Positions 47,743-58,495 of a stretch of DNA of 64,000 nucleotides are shown here, piece after piece. The stretch covers positions 1 to 64,000 of the forward strand of contig JALGVJ010000036.1 of assembly GCA_029838195.1 (NCBI GenBank). The letters are read 5' to 3'. The notes under the pieces were generated by a model, which was not told the DNA's origin, did no database searches, and saw only the letters and a program-made list of their open reading frames with translations. Each line of letters starts with the position of its first letter. Position 1 is the stretch's first letter. The translations under genes were made by a program, and so were the position numbers. This DNA is from Promethearchaeota archaeon. GTDB lineage: Archaea > Asgardarchaeota > Lokiarchaeia > Sigyniarchaeales > SOKP01.

Positions 47743-49630
47743 AATATTTTTATTAAAATTGGGTGGAAGTTTATTAACGGAAAAAAACGTTCCTTTTTCA
47801 CTTAGAAAAGAAACCATTATCCACGTCATTCAACAAATTAAGCGAGCTAGATTAAATGGAAATTTAATTCTGGTTCATGGAGGAGGTTCTTTTGGGCATC
47901 CTTTAGCTAAAGAATACGGTATTGTGAAAGGCATGGACAAATCAATCAAAAATCAAATTCATGGCTTGAGCAAGACCCATCAAAAGATGAATGAACTGAA
48001 TTCTTATATCATTGAGAAATTCTTGGAAGAGAAAATGGCGGTTCTCTCGATTCAACCCTCTAGTATTTTTTTATTGGATAAAGGAACTATTATCGTTCAA
48101 GGAACCAAAACCATTGAATCTTGCTTGAAATTGGGCATCATTCCCGTTTTATATGGAGATATCATATTGGATCCTGAAGGATCCTTCTCAATTCTTTCAG
48201 GAGATCAAATTATTCTTCTCTTATGCGAATATTTAAAAGATCATCACGTAGGCAAAGTAATTTTTGCCACGGATGTAGATGGGGTGTACTTGGAAGAGGA
48301 AGGAGGGGGGAATCCTAAATTAGCTGAAATTTTATCTTCAGATCAATTAGAACACGTGCCATTGGCAACTTTTGGACAAAAAATTGATGTTACGGGAAGC
48401 ATGCGAGGAAAGCTCAACAAAATCAAGAAAATTTGTGAATTAGGTATTTCTGTTCGAATAATTAATGGTTTAAAAAATGATTATCTTTATAAAGCATTAA
48501 AATCCGAATCTTTTCCTTGTACTACCATCCATCCTGAATTTAATATCTCGACGTTTTCAGCAATTAGCAATAGAAAATTAGAACATCTTCGCATCCCTTT
48601 AAACCATGATGTGCAACATGCGAGAAATTATTTTGAGGATGTCATTTTGCTTCATCACGCCTTTCCTGAAATTGATTTTAATGAAGTTGACTTGGCTACT
48701 CATTTTTTTAATAAAAAAGTATCCGCCCCCATTTGCATTGCCGCTCTAACGGGAGGACATCCCCTCTCTTTAAAGATTAATAAGATATTAGCTCAAGCTG
48801 CTGAGAAAGAGAACATCATTTTAAGCGTGGGAAGTCAGCGAGCGGGATTAATTGATGCAGAACTTGAAAAATCTTTTAGTATAGTGCGAGATCATGCTCC
48901 AACCATTCCAATAATAGGAAACATTGGAATCGGTCAAGTTGCACATCCCGATTTTTCCCCAAGCGATTTTAATGCGTGCATTGAAATGATAAAAGCGGAT
49001 GTAATGGCAATTCATTTTAATCCCTTACAAGAACTTCTACAAGATAAAGGAGATATCTCTTACAAGCTATTTGAAGAAAATTTCAAAAAAATTCGACACC
49101 AAACAAAAATTCCCATAATTGCGAAAGAAGTGGGAAATGGATTTAATCCTAAAGTAGGTAAAAGATTGGAAAACATGGGCTTCGATGGATTTGATGTCGG
49201 AGGCGCTGGAGGAACGAGCTTCGCTGCTATAGAATCCCTTCGTAAAAAAAATTTTAATGAAAATTATACTAGAAATTTAGGAGAACAATTTAAAGAATGG
49301 GGAATTCCCACTCCCGCATGCATACGTACTATTAGAAACATTTCTCGGAAACCTATAATAGCAACAGGAGGTTTGCGAACAGGTATAGATATTGCTAAAT
49401 CCATAGCACTTGGTGCAAATATAGGAGGACTCGCTTATAATTTTCTTAAAACAGCATGGAATGATAAAAATACGGGTACGTGCATGAATACAATTAGAGA
49501 AATTCGAACATTGAAACGAGAATTAAAATCTTCACTATGGCTCATGAATATAAAAAATATCGCAGAATTATTCAATAATTTTGAAAAATATATCCTTTCA
49601 GGAGAATTATATTATTGGCTCCATCAATGA
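47726..49630 (+). CDS. fni: Fused isopentenyl phosphate kinase and type 2 IPP isomerase
   Basis: N-half: KLGGSLLT, HGGGSFGH, SGDQI, DVTGSM. C-half: RKLEHL, LTGG, GSQR, KEVG, GAGGTSF, WGIPT, GGLRTG. Confidence 0.93.
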   Translation: MPRKTEIFLLKLGGSLLTEKNVPFSLRKETIIHVIQQIKRARLNGNLILVHGGGSFGHPLAKEYGIVKGMDKSIKNQIHGLSKTHQKMNELNSYIIEKFLEEKMAVLSIQPSSIFLLDKGTIIVQGTKTIESCLKLGIIPVLYGDIILDPEGSFSILSGDQIILLLCEYLKDHHVGKVIFATDVDGVYLEEEGGGNPKLAEILSSDQLEHVPLATFGQKIDVTGSMRGKLNKIKKICELGISVRIINGLKNDYLYKALKSESFPCTTIHPEFNISTFSAISNRKLEHLRIPLNHDVQHARNYFEDVILLHHAFPEIDFNEVDLATHFFNKKVSAPICIAALTGGHPLSLKINKILAQAAEKENIILSVGSQRAGLIDAELEKSFSIVRDHAPTIPIIGNIGIGQVAHPDFSPSDFNACIEMIKADVMAIHFNPLQELLQDKGDISYKLFEENFKKIRHQTKIPIIAKEVGNGFNPKVGKRLENMGFDGFDVGGAGGTSFAAIESLRKKNFNENYTRNLGEQFKEWGIPTPACIRTIRNISRKPIIATGGLRTGIDIAKSIALGANIGGLAYNFLKTAWNDKNTGTCMNTIREIRTLKRELKSSLWLMNIKNIAELFNNFEKYILSGELYYWLHQ

Positions 49631-49771
49631 TTATTTTGTTTCCAAATTTATTTTCAAGGTTTAAAAATAAAAATTGTAAATTACAAGAAAGCGTAAATTA
49701 CGAGAATTTATATTTTAAAGCTTTGGAACATTAATTGAAAAAAAAAAAGATTTTATTTTTAAAATAGATGT

Positions 49772-51514
49772 TTATTGTGCATCCCATTTACCTTCAGCAC
49801 GAGCTTTTTCTATATCTCCCTGAATGCGTTCCTTTAATGCTACATAATCAGTTTTAGAAACGCGATTTAATGGAATTTCATCTACGAAAACAATTAAAGA
49901 AGGACGTTTATAAGAAGCTATTCCTTTGACATGTTTCATGACTTTTTCTTCCGTTAATGTCTTTCCCTCTTTAACCTTTATATATGCAACAATACCTTCA
50001 GTAAATATTTCATGTTTTGCACCAACAACCGCAACCGATTCAACTTCTGGGAGTTCTGCAATAAAAGCTTCTACTTCCGGTGGAAAAACTTGATATCCCT
50101 TAGGTTTAATAAGAAATTTTCTCCTTCCAGCTAAATGTAATCCATCCTCTGCGATATAGCCCATATCTCCCGTATATAAATATTGATCTTTTGAAACCGT
50201 GGCTTTAGTTGCTTCTTCATTGCCAAAATAACCCAAAAATGTTTGCGGTCCTTTAAAACATATTTCTCCTATTTCACCATTGGGTAATTCCTTACCAGCA
50301 GTTCCATCAGGATTCATGGGTTCCCGAATTGACATTGGGTAAATAGGAAAATCATGCCCTAAAGCAGTAACAAATTCTTCCCAATTTTCTTTTACTTGAA
50401 TATACGTGCAAAATCCAGAAGTCTCAGTTAAACCCAATCCCCCTCCAATCATAGGCGCCATTTTTCTTAGTTTTTCCAAAAACGGACGATCTACTGATTG
50501 GCCGGCGCTAATTACAAAACGAAGTGAGCTTAAATCAAATTTCGAATAATTTGGTAATCGCCATTCCATGGCATAAAGTGCTGGAATTTGACCTAAGACC
50601 GTGGCTTTATATTTTTGGACAGCATCTAATGTTTTTTCTGCATCAAAAATGTGTAATACAATGCACGTTCCTCCTCCGAAAATCGTAGTCATGAATTGTT
50701 CAGTATTTCCCCCAACGTGCGAAGGAGGTAAATTTACTATCATTTTATCTGATTGAACAAGACCAAAGCCTTTAGCTAAACACATGTTTTGACAGACAAT
50801 TCCTTCATTTTTTAGCATGGCAGGTTTGGGGAATCCAGTACTCCCTGTGGTAAATATTATCATGATTGGATCTTTTTCTCCTACTTTAGCACATTCATCT
50901 TGATAATCTTTCATGGTTGAGGGTTCTTCTAATGCTTTTTTATATTCTTGTTCTGCTTCCTCAAAAATTTGATATGCTGGAATAATTCCTTTTCGATATT
51001 TATCTTCTTTTGAACTAAATTGGACCACATATTTTAGCCATGGATTGTTTTTCATAACAGCTGCCCCAATCATTCCAAAATTCGCAGCGGATGTCTTTCC
51101 AAGATGACAATACATTTTTGCTTTTTCTTTTAAAAGGGTCAAATTACGCATGATTTCAGGAGGGCGCAATCTTAGATCTAGTGGCGTCCACATTACTCCA
51201 AGTTTAGCACAGGCATAGCCTATGATGATATGCTCAGCTATAAAAGGGAGTGAAGTTACTAAAATATCTCCTTTTCTAAAACCCATGTTATACAATTTGA
51301 AGGCCATGACATCAATTTTTCTTTGAAATTCCTTATAGGTGTATTTTTCCCCCGTATCATAAATAATAAAAGCTTCTTTATCGGGCGTTTCTTTTGCCCA
51401 TTTATCAACGATTCCACATATAGTATGGGGATACGTTTTAAATTCTTCTAGAGACACTTTTATCCTCTCCTTTTTACATGATGAATAATTGTGACATAAA
51501 AAAGAAGATTTCAT
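49772..51514 (-). CDS. Acyl-CoA synthetase (class I adenylate-forming)
   Basis: FTTGSTGFPK, GLGLTE, GEIGEI, YTGDMG. Probable start is the GTG of MSLEEFK after a GGAGAGG SD. Confidence 0.9.
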   Translation of the reverse strand: MKSSFLCHNYSSCKKERIKVSLEEFKTYPHTICGIVDKWAKETPDKEAFIIYDTGEKYTYKEFQRKIDVMAFKLYNMGFRKGDILVTSLPFIAEHIIIGYACAKLGVMWTPLDLRLRPPEIMRNLTLLKEKAKMYCHLGKTSAANFGMIGAAVMKNNPWLKYVVQFSSKEDKYRKGIIPAYQIFEEAEQEYKKALEEPSTMKDYQDECAKVGEKDPIMIIFTTGSTGFPKPAMLKNEGIVCQNMCLAKGFGLVQSDKMIVNLPPSHVGGNTEQFMTTIFGGGTCIVLHIFDAEKTLDAVQKYKATVLGQIPALYAMEWRLPNYSKFDLSSLRFVISAGQSVDRPFLEKLRKMAPMIGGGLGLTETSGFCTYIQVKENWEEFVTALGHDFPIYPMSIREPMNPDGTAGKELPNGEIGEICFKGPQTFLGYFGNEEATKATVSKDQYLYTGDMGYIAEDGLHLAGRRKFLIKPKGYQVFPPEVEAFIAELPEVESVAVVGAKHEIFTEGIVAYIKVKEGKTLTEEKVMKHVKGIASYKRPSLIVFVDEIPLNRVSKTDYVALKERIQGDIEKARAEGKWDAQ

Positions 51515-51550
51515 TAATTAAATTTCTTTCATTTTTAAAAAAGAATAATT

Positions 51551-53791
51551 TCAAGGAATTAATTCAAGGCGTCCCTCTAAATTTTCCTCAATTTCTTTTT
51601 TATAAAATAGCATTGGAATATATTTTCCTTTAAACCATAATTTAATGAGATCATTATAATGTTTATGAAAGGGCAATCCTGACTGTCCTCCCGGAATCAC
51701 CCATAATGACTTTCTCCAATCTGATAAATCGTGCAATTGCCGAAAAGAGGGCGCTACGGATACGGCATGGTCATTAAATGGATTGTAATATCCATTATTT
51801 ATTGTATTAGTATCTCCTCCCACCTTAAACGGTCCTATATTTAAGATTTTTGCTTGTTCATTACCACTAGAAAATGGATGAGCTAATGTTAATTGATGTA
51901 GCGTGCCCCACTTCCATTTTTCGTGATTAGGAGAAATTTTTTCTGAAAGAAAGGTAATGGTATCTTGAAGAGTTTTTAAGAGTAATTTCGATAATTCCTG
52001 GGGCTTTTCTTGGTATAGCTTGAAAAGACGATTCAGTTCAAAAGGACAATATCCAAAATATGGTTTGAGAAGCTCCTCTCCGATATAAGGCTTTAAGATT
52101 TCAATAATGGTTTTTTCCCACCACACTTTATAAATCGTACCTCCAATCGTGTCCTTGGTTAACTGGTAATCCCATTCTTCCAACAAGAAGAGAATTTTTT
52201 TTATATCATCGGGAAACTCGATTTTTTTCAAATATTTTAGCATTAAGGGAAGAAGTTCTTGAGCTTCTAACGTGTAATAATCAAATTGAAAGTTTTTAAA
52301 ATCCTCTAAGGTTAAACCATCTTTAGATGCCAAGAGGTCTCTAATTCGATATTGACGATAAGGTTCTGACATGTCCACGGCTAATAATACTCCATTTGGA
52401 GCAATATCCTCGTTAAAATTTGCAGTATAAACAAAACCCCTTTCAGGATTGTATATCGAAAGCAATTGATCAAATTTAGAAAGACCTTTCCAATTATAGT
52501 TTTCAGAAGTTCCCGGCGTGATACGGCATCCATTTCCGTGATTTCTAATGGGTACTTTACCTCCATGTTGTAAGCCTATATTTCCATGAACATCGCCATA
52601 AATGAAATTTTGGGGATTTATCGTTAATGTGCTTAATGCATCTCTAAATTCTTCCCAATTTCTTGCTCTATTTAATTTCATGAACGCTTCAATAGTATCT
52701 TCTAATCTTGCATCGTGACTCGACCATCGTAATGAATACACGTCGGGTAAATCAATCTCATATATCTCATTATCCCGTTCAAAATATTTTACGACGGGGC
52801 CGAATTTTGAAATTAAAATTTCTAAGATTTCTGGCTGAGGTGAATCTTTCACGACTATTTCTTCTTTGATGATTTCGAAATCTAGCCATTTATCATCACA
52901 TTTATATTGATATGGTTTATCTGGATTGATTTCAAGCTTGAAGAGATCAATTGTATCCGCATGTACATTTGTACAGCTCCAAGCAATATTTTCATTATGC
53001 CCCAAAATTACCATTGGGATGCCAACAAATGAAGAACCTATCACGTTGAACTCGGGACAACGTAAATGAATCAAAAACCAAATAGCAGGATTAGTTGCCG
53101 GTAAATGCGGGTCGCCTGCAAATAATACAGAACCCGATTTAGTTTTTTTAGGTCCCGCCACCCATCCATTACTTCCTCTGGAATTTTTCATGTAGACCCC
53201 TTTATTAAGGGGCATTAATTTATTTGCCGTTTCTTCCCCCAATTTTAAGACCAATTGTTCTCTTAAAACTTCAAAAGGGTAGTTCCAATTACTTAAGCCC
53301 CATTCAATCATGCTCAAAATCTTTAAGGAATCTTCCATGGTCCAATCCCTGATCTCAATATTTAACACGGCGAATTCAAGAGGAGGGTTTTTTCGTGCTT
53401 TAGAGATTCCATGATTCACGCCCCTCACGTAAGAATCTAATAATCCATGGAGGTTATCGTGCGCTCTTTCTTTAATTTCCTTGGCACATCTTCGTGCAAT
53501 TCGATGCAATCCAATCATTCTATAATGCCTATCACTAGGGAGCGCACTTTCTCCGATGATTTCTGCTAATTCGCCCGAAATTAATCTTCGAAAAGTTTCC
53601 ATTTGCCAGAGGCGGTGTTGAGCATGAATATATCCTTGAGCAAAAAAGGCATCTTCCGCCATGTTTGCATGAACGTGCGGAATTCCCCACTTATCCCACA
53701 AGATTTCTACTTTATCTTTTAACCCGCTAATTTTTTCAGTACCTTGAACGGGAGGAAATGCGTTTTTTGCTATTTTAAGTAATTCTTCCAT
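51551..53791 (-). CDS. Penicillin acylase family (Ntn hydrolase)
   Basis: DKWGIPHV, AQGYIHAQHRLWQME, GSNGW nucleophile, DPHL, PGGQSG. Confidence 0.92.
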   Translation of the reverse strand: MEELLKIAKNAFPPVQGTEKISGLKDKVEILWDKWGIPHVHANMAEDAFFAQGYIHAQHRLWQMETFRRLISGELAEIIGESALPSDRHYRMIGLHRIARRCAKEIKERAHDNLHGLLDSYVRGVNHGISKARKNPPLEFAVLNIEIRDWTMEDSLKILSMIEWGLSNWNYPFEVLREQLVLKLGEETANKLMPLNKGVYMKNSRGSNGWVAGPKKTKSGSVLFAGDPHLPATNPAIWFLIHLRCPEFNVIGSSFVGIPMVILGHNENIAWSCTNVHADTIDLFKLEINPDKPYQYKCDDKWLDFEIIKEEIVVKDSPQPEILEILISKFGPVVKYFERDNEIYEIDLPDVYSLRWSSHDARLEDTIEAFMKLNRARNWEEFRDALSTLTINPQNFIYGDVHGNIGLQHGGKVPIRNHGNGCRITPGTSENYNWKGLSKFDQLLSIYNPERGFVYTANFNEDIAPNGVLLAVDMSEPYRQYRIRDLLASKDGLTLEDFKNFQFDYYTLEAQELLPLMLKYLKKIEFPDDIKKILFLLEEWDYQLTKDTIGGTIYKVWWEKTIIEILKPYIGEELLKPYFGYCPFELNRLFKLYQEKPQELSKLLLKTLQDTITFLSEKISPNHEKWKWGTLHQLTLAHPFSSGNEQAKILNIGPFKVGGDTNTINNGYYNPFNDHAVSVAPSFRQLHDLSDWRKSLWVIPGGQSGLPFHKHYNDLIKLWFKGKYIPMLFYKKEIEENLEGRLELIP

Positions 53792-53878
53792 ATATATTAA
53801 TTGTCTAAAGAAAAATTTAAACTTTTAATTTCATTAGAACAATTTTTTTAATTGTTTTGGTTTTATATGCATTAACAC

Positions 53879-55327
53879 ATGGCAGATGATGTTTATAGGT
53901 TAATTATCACGGTATTGAAATCGCGAAACCTCCCCCAAATTAAGAAATTATTTGAAGGTTTAAAGAGAAAGGATTATTTCTCTACCAAATATCAAGAACT
54001 TTCGGAAAATAAAAAAAAACAAATTGAAGATATTTTTTATTTCACGCTTAAAAGATATTTAGCAGCTAAAAAGTTTAAACATTTTAGAGATTTAACTAAA
54101 CTTGCTTCGGAATTGCGGATTTTTCTTGACCCCAGGAAAATCCCCAATAGATTTGAAATTCTTACAAATCTACATTTATTAAGCCTTCAATCAGGTCAAA
54201 TAGGAGAAATCATCGAAATTCTACGATTTTTCAATGAATTTAATTTATTGGAGCGAGAAATAAGCGACACTGATTTAAAAGAACTTGAATCTTTAAAAAG
54301 AGATCCCCTACTTATTGCAAATTTAAAGGATTTATTTCGCGACGTGAATGATTATTTACTTTATCACGTGTATAAAATAATTCCTTGGGATTTATTTCAA
54401 TTTTTTCTGGATTTTTTAAGTTCCCCTTACATGATGGATGAAAATCTCATTTATGGGGGGGAATACAATGTTAACTTTATTTTGAATTATTTAAACAATT
54501 ATATCGTTTACGGTCTCCGGGTTGAAAAGATTAGTGAGCTCTCCTTGTTTCTCAAGACATTCGATAGCATTCTTGCAACGTTCAAGCAAAGAAGGGATGA
54601 GACTAGCATGAAACAGCTTCCGGATTATATCAAAATGCGATATAGAAATAAATTGCATCTTATATCCCCCTATAACATTAAAAAAATAAGAGAGAAAGCC
54701 TCAGATCAGCATAATTATAATTTTTATAACATTTCAATGGTCTTGATAGGAGGACTAGGGCCCCAGGGTCATGGATTTACCTATAGCACGCCTAGGGGAG
54801 AGCTAGTGGAGATCTGTTCAGATCGCCGAGAACACGAAGCTATCATTATAAAGTACAAGCAATTCCTAAAAAGCCAATTTTTGTTGAAATTAGAAAAAGA
54901 ACTGAGCAGTTTAATGATTTCTCGTGATATGATAAAAAAAATCATGAATTATCTTACTGAGATATTAGAGAATGATGATGTTATTAATTATTATAAAAGC
55001 GGAGAAATCATGAAAAACGTAAGGGCTTTTCTTTATCGAAATGAAATTCCCGGAGAAGAACAAGAAAAAAAAATCAATGAATTGATGAATAAAATTTCTG
55101 ATGCTTTAAGCCTCATACTGCGGGAGATTAAATTAGAGGATCAATTCAAAACGCGAATGGATCTCGTTTTGGAAGATAAAATTAAGTCGGAAGATGTGGC
55201 AAAATTGACGAGCCTAAAGGGAAAATCCCATCATGACGTATTAAGAGAGCGCTTTTTTTTCCAATATATCGTGAAATGGTTTCATGCGATCTATTTACGA
55301 GAAATTCATAAACTTAAAGATTTTTAA
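53879..55327 (+). CDS. Hypothetical protein
   Basis: 482-aa ORF, helical, with a compact GGLGPQGHGFTYSTPRGE..EICSD block. Confidence 0.75.
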   Translation: MADDVYRLIITVLKSRNLPQIKKLFEGLKRKDYFSTKYQELSENKKKQIEDIFYFTLKRYLAAKKFKHFRDLTKLASELRIFLDPRKIPNRFEILTNLHLLSLQSGQIGEIIEILRFFNEFNLLEREISDTDLKELESLKRDPLLIANLKDLFRDVNDYLLYHVYKIIPWDLFQFFLDFLSSPYMMDENLIYGGEYNVNFILNYLNNYIVYGLRVEKISELSLFLKTFDSILATFKQRRDETSMKQLPDYIKMRYRNKLHLISPYNIKKIREKASDQHNYNFYNISMVLIGGLGPQGHGFTYSTPRGELVEICSDRREHEAIIIKYKQFLKSQFLLKLEKELSSLMISRDMIKKIMNYLTEILENDDVINYYKSGEIMKNVRAFLYRNEIPGEEQEKKINELMNKISDALSLILREIKLEDQFKTRMDLVLEDKIKSEDVAKLTSLKGKSHHDVLRERFFFQYIVKWFHAIYLREIHKLKDF

Positions 55328-55607
55328 TAATAGAAATTTATTTTTTTTTTATAAGGTAGCAAATTAATCTTAGTTACTACGCTCCAGCTCTAAGATTGGC
55401 GACAAAACCACCAAAAAGTTGAAAAATCATGACGATCCATTATATATTAATGAATCGAAAAATTGTGAACGGGACGAGCTGGCATCGGATATAATCTTCC
55501 AATATTCTGAAGAAGTAATAAGACAGCTAAGAAACCAATTAAAAAAAAGACGAGGGCGCAATTTAGTCGGAGGTGAGATTAATTTGCTACCCCATATTTT
55601 TTTTTGG

Positions 55608-56039
55608 TTAGAAGAACGAGATCACCCGTAATTCTTCTTCTGAATGAGCATTTCCGATAATGATGCAATTGTTAAGGGTTATATTACTTAATTCCAGCTT
55701 ACTATGAGGAGCTATTAAACAACGATTTAATTTGAAGTTGGTTCCCAATTTCACATTGTCAAGAATGATTGAATTTGTAAGCTCATCGTGATCGCCTATT
55801 TCTGTATTTTCACCAATGAATACATTAGGGCCAATGAGGACATCATCTCCAATTTTCACGTTTTCTGATATATATACGGGTTCAATAAAAGTAGGATAAT
55901 CTCCTTCATAGTTTTCGAAATGAGATTTTTTTAAATGGTTTTTTAAAAAAGAATTAAATAATATTTGAATTTCCGGTATAGTCTCTTCTTTAGTTTCAGA
56001 TAAGAGGTCTTTTATTTTTTTTAATTCATTTTCTATCAT
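55608..56039 (-). CDS. Stand-alone left-handed beta-helix (hexapeptide repeat) protein, GlmU/GMPP C-domain-like
   Basis: IEPVYISENVKIGDDVLIGPNVFIGENTEIG..NSIILDNVKLG. Confidence 0.8.
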   Translation of the reverse strand: MIENELKKIKDLLSETKEETIPEIQILFNSFLKNHLKKSHFENYEGDYPTFIEPVYISENVKIGDDVLIGPNVFIGENTEIGDHDELTNSIILDNVKLGTNFKLNRCLIAPHSKLELSNITLNNCIIIGNAHSEEELRVISFF

Positions 56040-56085
56040 GTAGTTTTACTCCCTCAAGGTAATGGATGAATTGATTAAATATTTT

Positions 56086-56802
56086 TCATAAACCTAAAGC
56101 TTTAATTAGAATTTCAAGGTTTTCTCTTGTTTTAGCGCTCGTGGGAATGACTTGAATATCAGGATTTAATTTTTTGGCATCTTGAATCATTTTTTCCAAG
56201 TTAGTTCCTAACCTACCGGTTAAATCAATTTTGTTTATAACGGCGATATCAGACATTTTAAAAAGCATGGGATGTTTTTCTATGACCCATTCTCCTTCGG
56301 TAACTGAAACAATGGTGATCCTTTTATCCGTACCTAAAATGAAATCGGAGGGACAGATTAGATTACCCACGTTTTCGATAAAAATTACATCATAATCCTT
56401 TAATTCTTTATTAGAAATGATTTGATATACATGATATGCATTTAACGCACATTCCCTGCCCGTGTTAATTTGAATTGTTTCTGCGCCATGCTCTTCAATT
56501 CTATTCGCATCCACGCGAGTGGTGATGTCTCCGCAAATTACTAAGATCTTGTAGCGTGAGGATATTTCCTCGCAGACGCGCTCTAATAAGGCCGTTTTCC
56601 CAGCCCCTATTGCTCCAACAATGTCAAACGATTTAATGCCGTGTTTTTTCAGCGTTTCATGATTTTTTTTAGCCAAAAGTTCATTATCGTGTTGAATTTT
56701 TAATTTAGTTTCGATAACTTCATCTCTAATTTCATCTCTAGCGAGATTAGTACTTTCTAATTCTTGAATTCGCTTTACATTATCTTCTTGTTGCTTGGCC
56801 AA
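56086..56802 (-). CDS. hypB: Hydrogenase nickel incorporation GTPase HypB
   Basis: GAIGAGKT, GDI....DA.RI, ENVGNLICP, SVTEG, KHP, NKID, TSAKT. Confidence 0.9.
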   Translation of the reverse strand: MAKQQEDNVKRIQELESTNLARDEIRDEVIETKLKIQHDNELLAKKNHETLKKHGIKSFDIVGAIGAGKTALLERVCEEISSRYKILVICGDITTRVDANRIEEHGAETIQINTGRECALNAYHVYQIISNKELKDYDVIFIENVGNLICPSDFILGTDKRITIVSVTEGEWVIEKHPMLFKMSDIAVINKIDLTGRLGTNLEKMIQDAKKLNPDIQVIPTSAKTRENLEILIKALGL

Positions 56803-56976
56803 TCTATTCGTACTCCTTTTTTTATAACAAGATTAAGAACATTTCCATGATTTATTAATTTTTAAAATATTCAAACTTTAATTATTTTTTGGGTAATAAA
56901 TTTTTTCATGCTTTAAATTTCAAGAACTTAAATGCTATTTAAAATGGGCAAAAATAGCCCACATGCTTCATTATTT

Positions 56977-57363
56977 TCAGAACTCAATCAATCCATCGGT
57001 GGCATTCAGGAAGATTTCTACGTTAGGAGGAATTTTGGAAATATCTACTTCATGGATTAAAGGAATATTCGAGATGATGGCACCTACTGCCACGATGGCT
57101 TCTACTTTACTATTTATCATGGCACGGGGAGCTTTTCCATTCTTATATAATTGAAAAATAATATACGATCCGACTGTCGAGCCTTTTCCGCAAGGAAACA
57201 CGAAAATCTTATCTGAAATGAATTCTCCTTGTAAGGGATGTGATTTTGCGACTATTTGTCCTGTCTGCGGATCGATATCTCCCAAAAAGGAAATGGGTTC
57301 CTTTGAAACAATCGTAGTTCCTTTTACTATCCCCGGAACCACGCATTGACCTTTAATTAGCAT
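56977..57363 (-). CDS. Aconitase X small subunit (DUF126); phosphomevalonate dehydratase small subunit
   Basis: ISFLGDIDPQTG, GKGSTVGSY; adjacent to the DUF521 gene. Confidence 0.9.
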   Translation of the reverse strand: MLIKGQCVVPGIVKGTTIVSKEPISFLGDIDPQTGQIVAKSHPLQGEFISDKIFVFPCGKGSTVGSYIIFQLYKNGKAPRAMINSKVEAIVAVGAIISNIPLIHEVDISKIPPNVEIFLNATDGLIEF

Positions 57364-58495
57364 TTAATAACTCCTCCTTTGATCTTAAAACTATTTGGAT
57401 TTTAGACAAATTTTGTGAATAATGAGCACATTTGGCAGAATCTGTTCCAATACAATTGATTCCCATTTCCTTGATGGGGCTTACCACCATGCACGTGTCT
57501 GAAAAAATTTTAATATTTGGCGGAATGTTTTTTATTTTTTCCTTGTTTTCTTTGGTCGTGAAAATCCAAATTTCTTTATTTGGATTATTAAGTGTAATAA
57601 TTTCTTTAATTTCTTCTAGAGAACAGTGAGGACAGCCAAAAGCCAACGTAGAACACGCACTCGTAGAAGATAATTTAGCTTGAACATTAAGGAGATCTTC
57701 CTGCTCTACAGGAATGATTTCAGCTTTAGACCTCACGCGGTTTTCCGGTGTAATTCCGGGAATCATAATCATGGAAACACCACCACTGGCAGCGGCTCCT
57801 GCTCCCAAGGACTTTAACTGATCCCAACTTGCTCGTTTTATTCCACGAATTAAAGGAATTTTCTCCCTTGAAATTTCCCCGATAAAATACCCCAATAATG
57901 AGAAATTTAAATTTGGCCAATCCGTGCTAACTTCAAAGACTACATCAGCGATCCTATTCTCTTCGAGGTGTAGCCCATAATTTGGAGTCTTTCCTATGAG
58001 TGCTGCAGAAAGTGCGCTAGGTCCTCCTTCACGATTGGTTCGAGCTCCTAAAACGGAATTAGCAAAAACTACAGCGGAAGATTCGGACCATGCCACGTGC
58101 TCTCCGGCATTTGGAATTATTCCCGCCAAATATGGCGTACAAGTACACGTTGGTGATACTCCCATGGAACGAAGAGCCTTAATGATTTTCATTTGCTTTT
58201 GGGCAAATTGCTCTGAAACCCCCATTTTTTTCCATTCATGAAGATCCATGCCTGAGGGATTCATGTAGCTTGGAACTACTACTTTTACACCATGGCGAGC
58301 CCATTCTTCCAAGAATTCTAATCCGGCATCCCCAATGGTCTTGTAAGAAATGCCGGCGATCTGAGTGGAAGTTATGGGAATTAATTTATCCGCATGAAAG
58401 ATATCGCCTAAGGTTTTAAGAATTCTTAATGCCTTGGCTTTTATCTCTCCTTGTTCACCGTCTAAAATTTTCTCTTCTTCTTTAGTAAGATGCAT
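57353..58495 (-). CDS. Aconitase X large subunit (DUF521); phosphomevalonate dehydratase large subunit
   Basis: TCTCTPY, WSESSAV.FANSVLGARTNREG, GCPHCS, DTCMVVSP. Confidence 0.92.
   Translation of the reverse strand: MHLTKEEEKILDGEQGEIKAKALRILKTLGDIFHADKLIPITSTQIAGISYKTIGDAGLEFLEEWARHGVKVVVPSYMNPSGMDLHEWKKMGVSEQFAQKQMKIIKALRSMGVSPTCTCTPYLAGIIPNAGEHVAWSESSAVVFANSVLGARTNREGGPSALSAALIGKTPNYGLHLEENRIADVVFEVSTDWPNLNFSLLGYFIGEISREKIPLIRGIKRASWDQLKSLGAGAAASGGVSMIMIPGITPENRVRSKAEIIPVEQEDLLNVQAKLSSTSACSTLAFGCPHCSLEEIKEIITLNNPNKEIWIFTTKENKEKIKNIPPNIKIFSDTCMVVSPIKEMGINCIGTDSAKCAHYSQNLSKIQIVLRSKEELLNAN

Noticed and set aside
55419-55631. Short ORFs such as 55419-55631, 27662-27844, 40136-40366 and the many antisense ORFs inside genes
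   Set aside because: No motifs; they overlap real genes or lie in AT-rich spacers.
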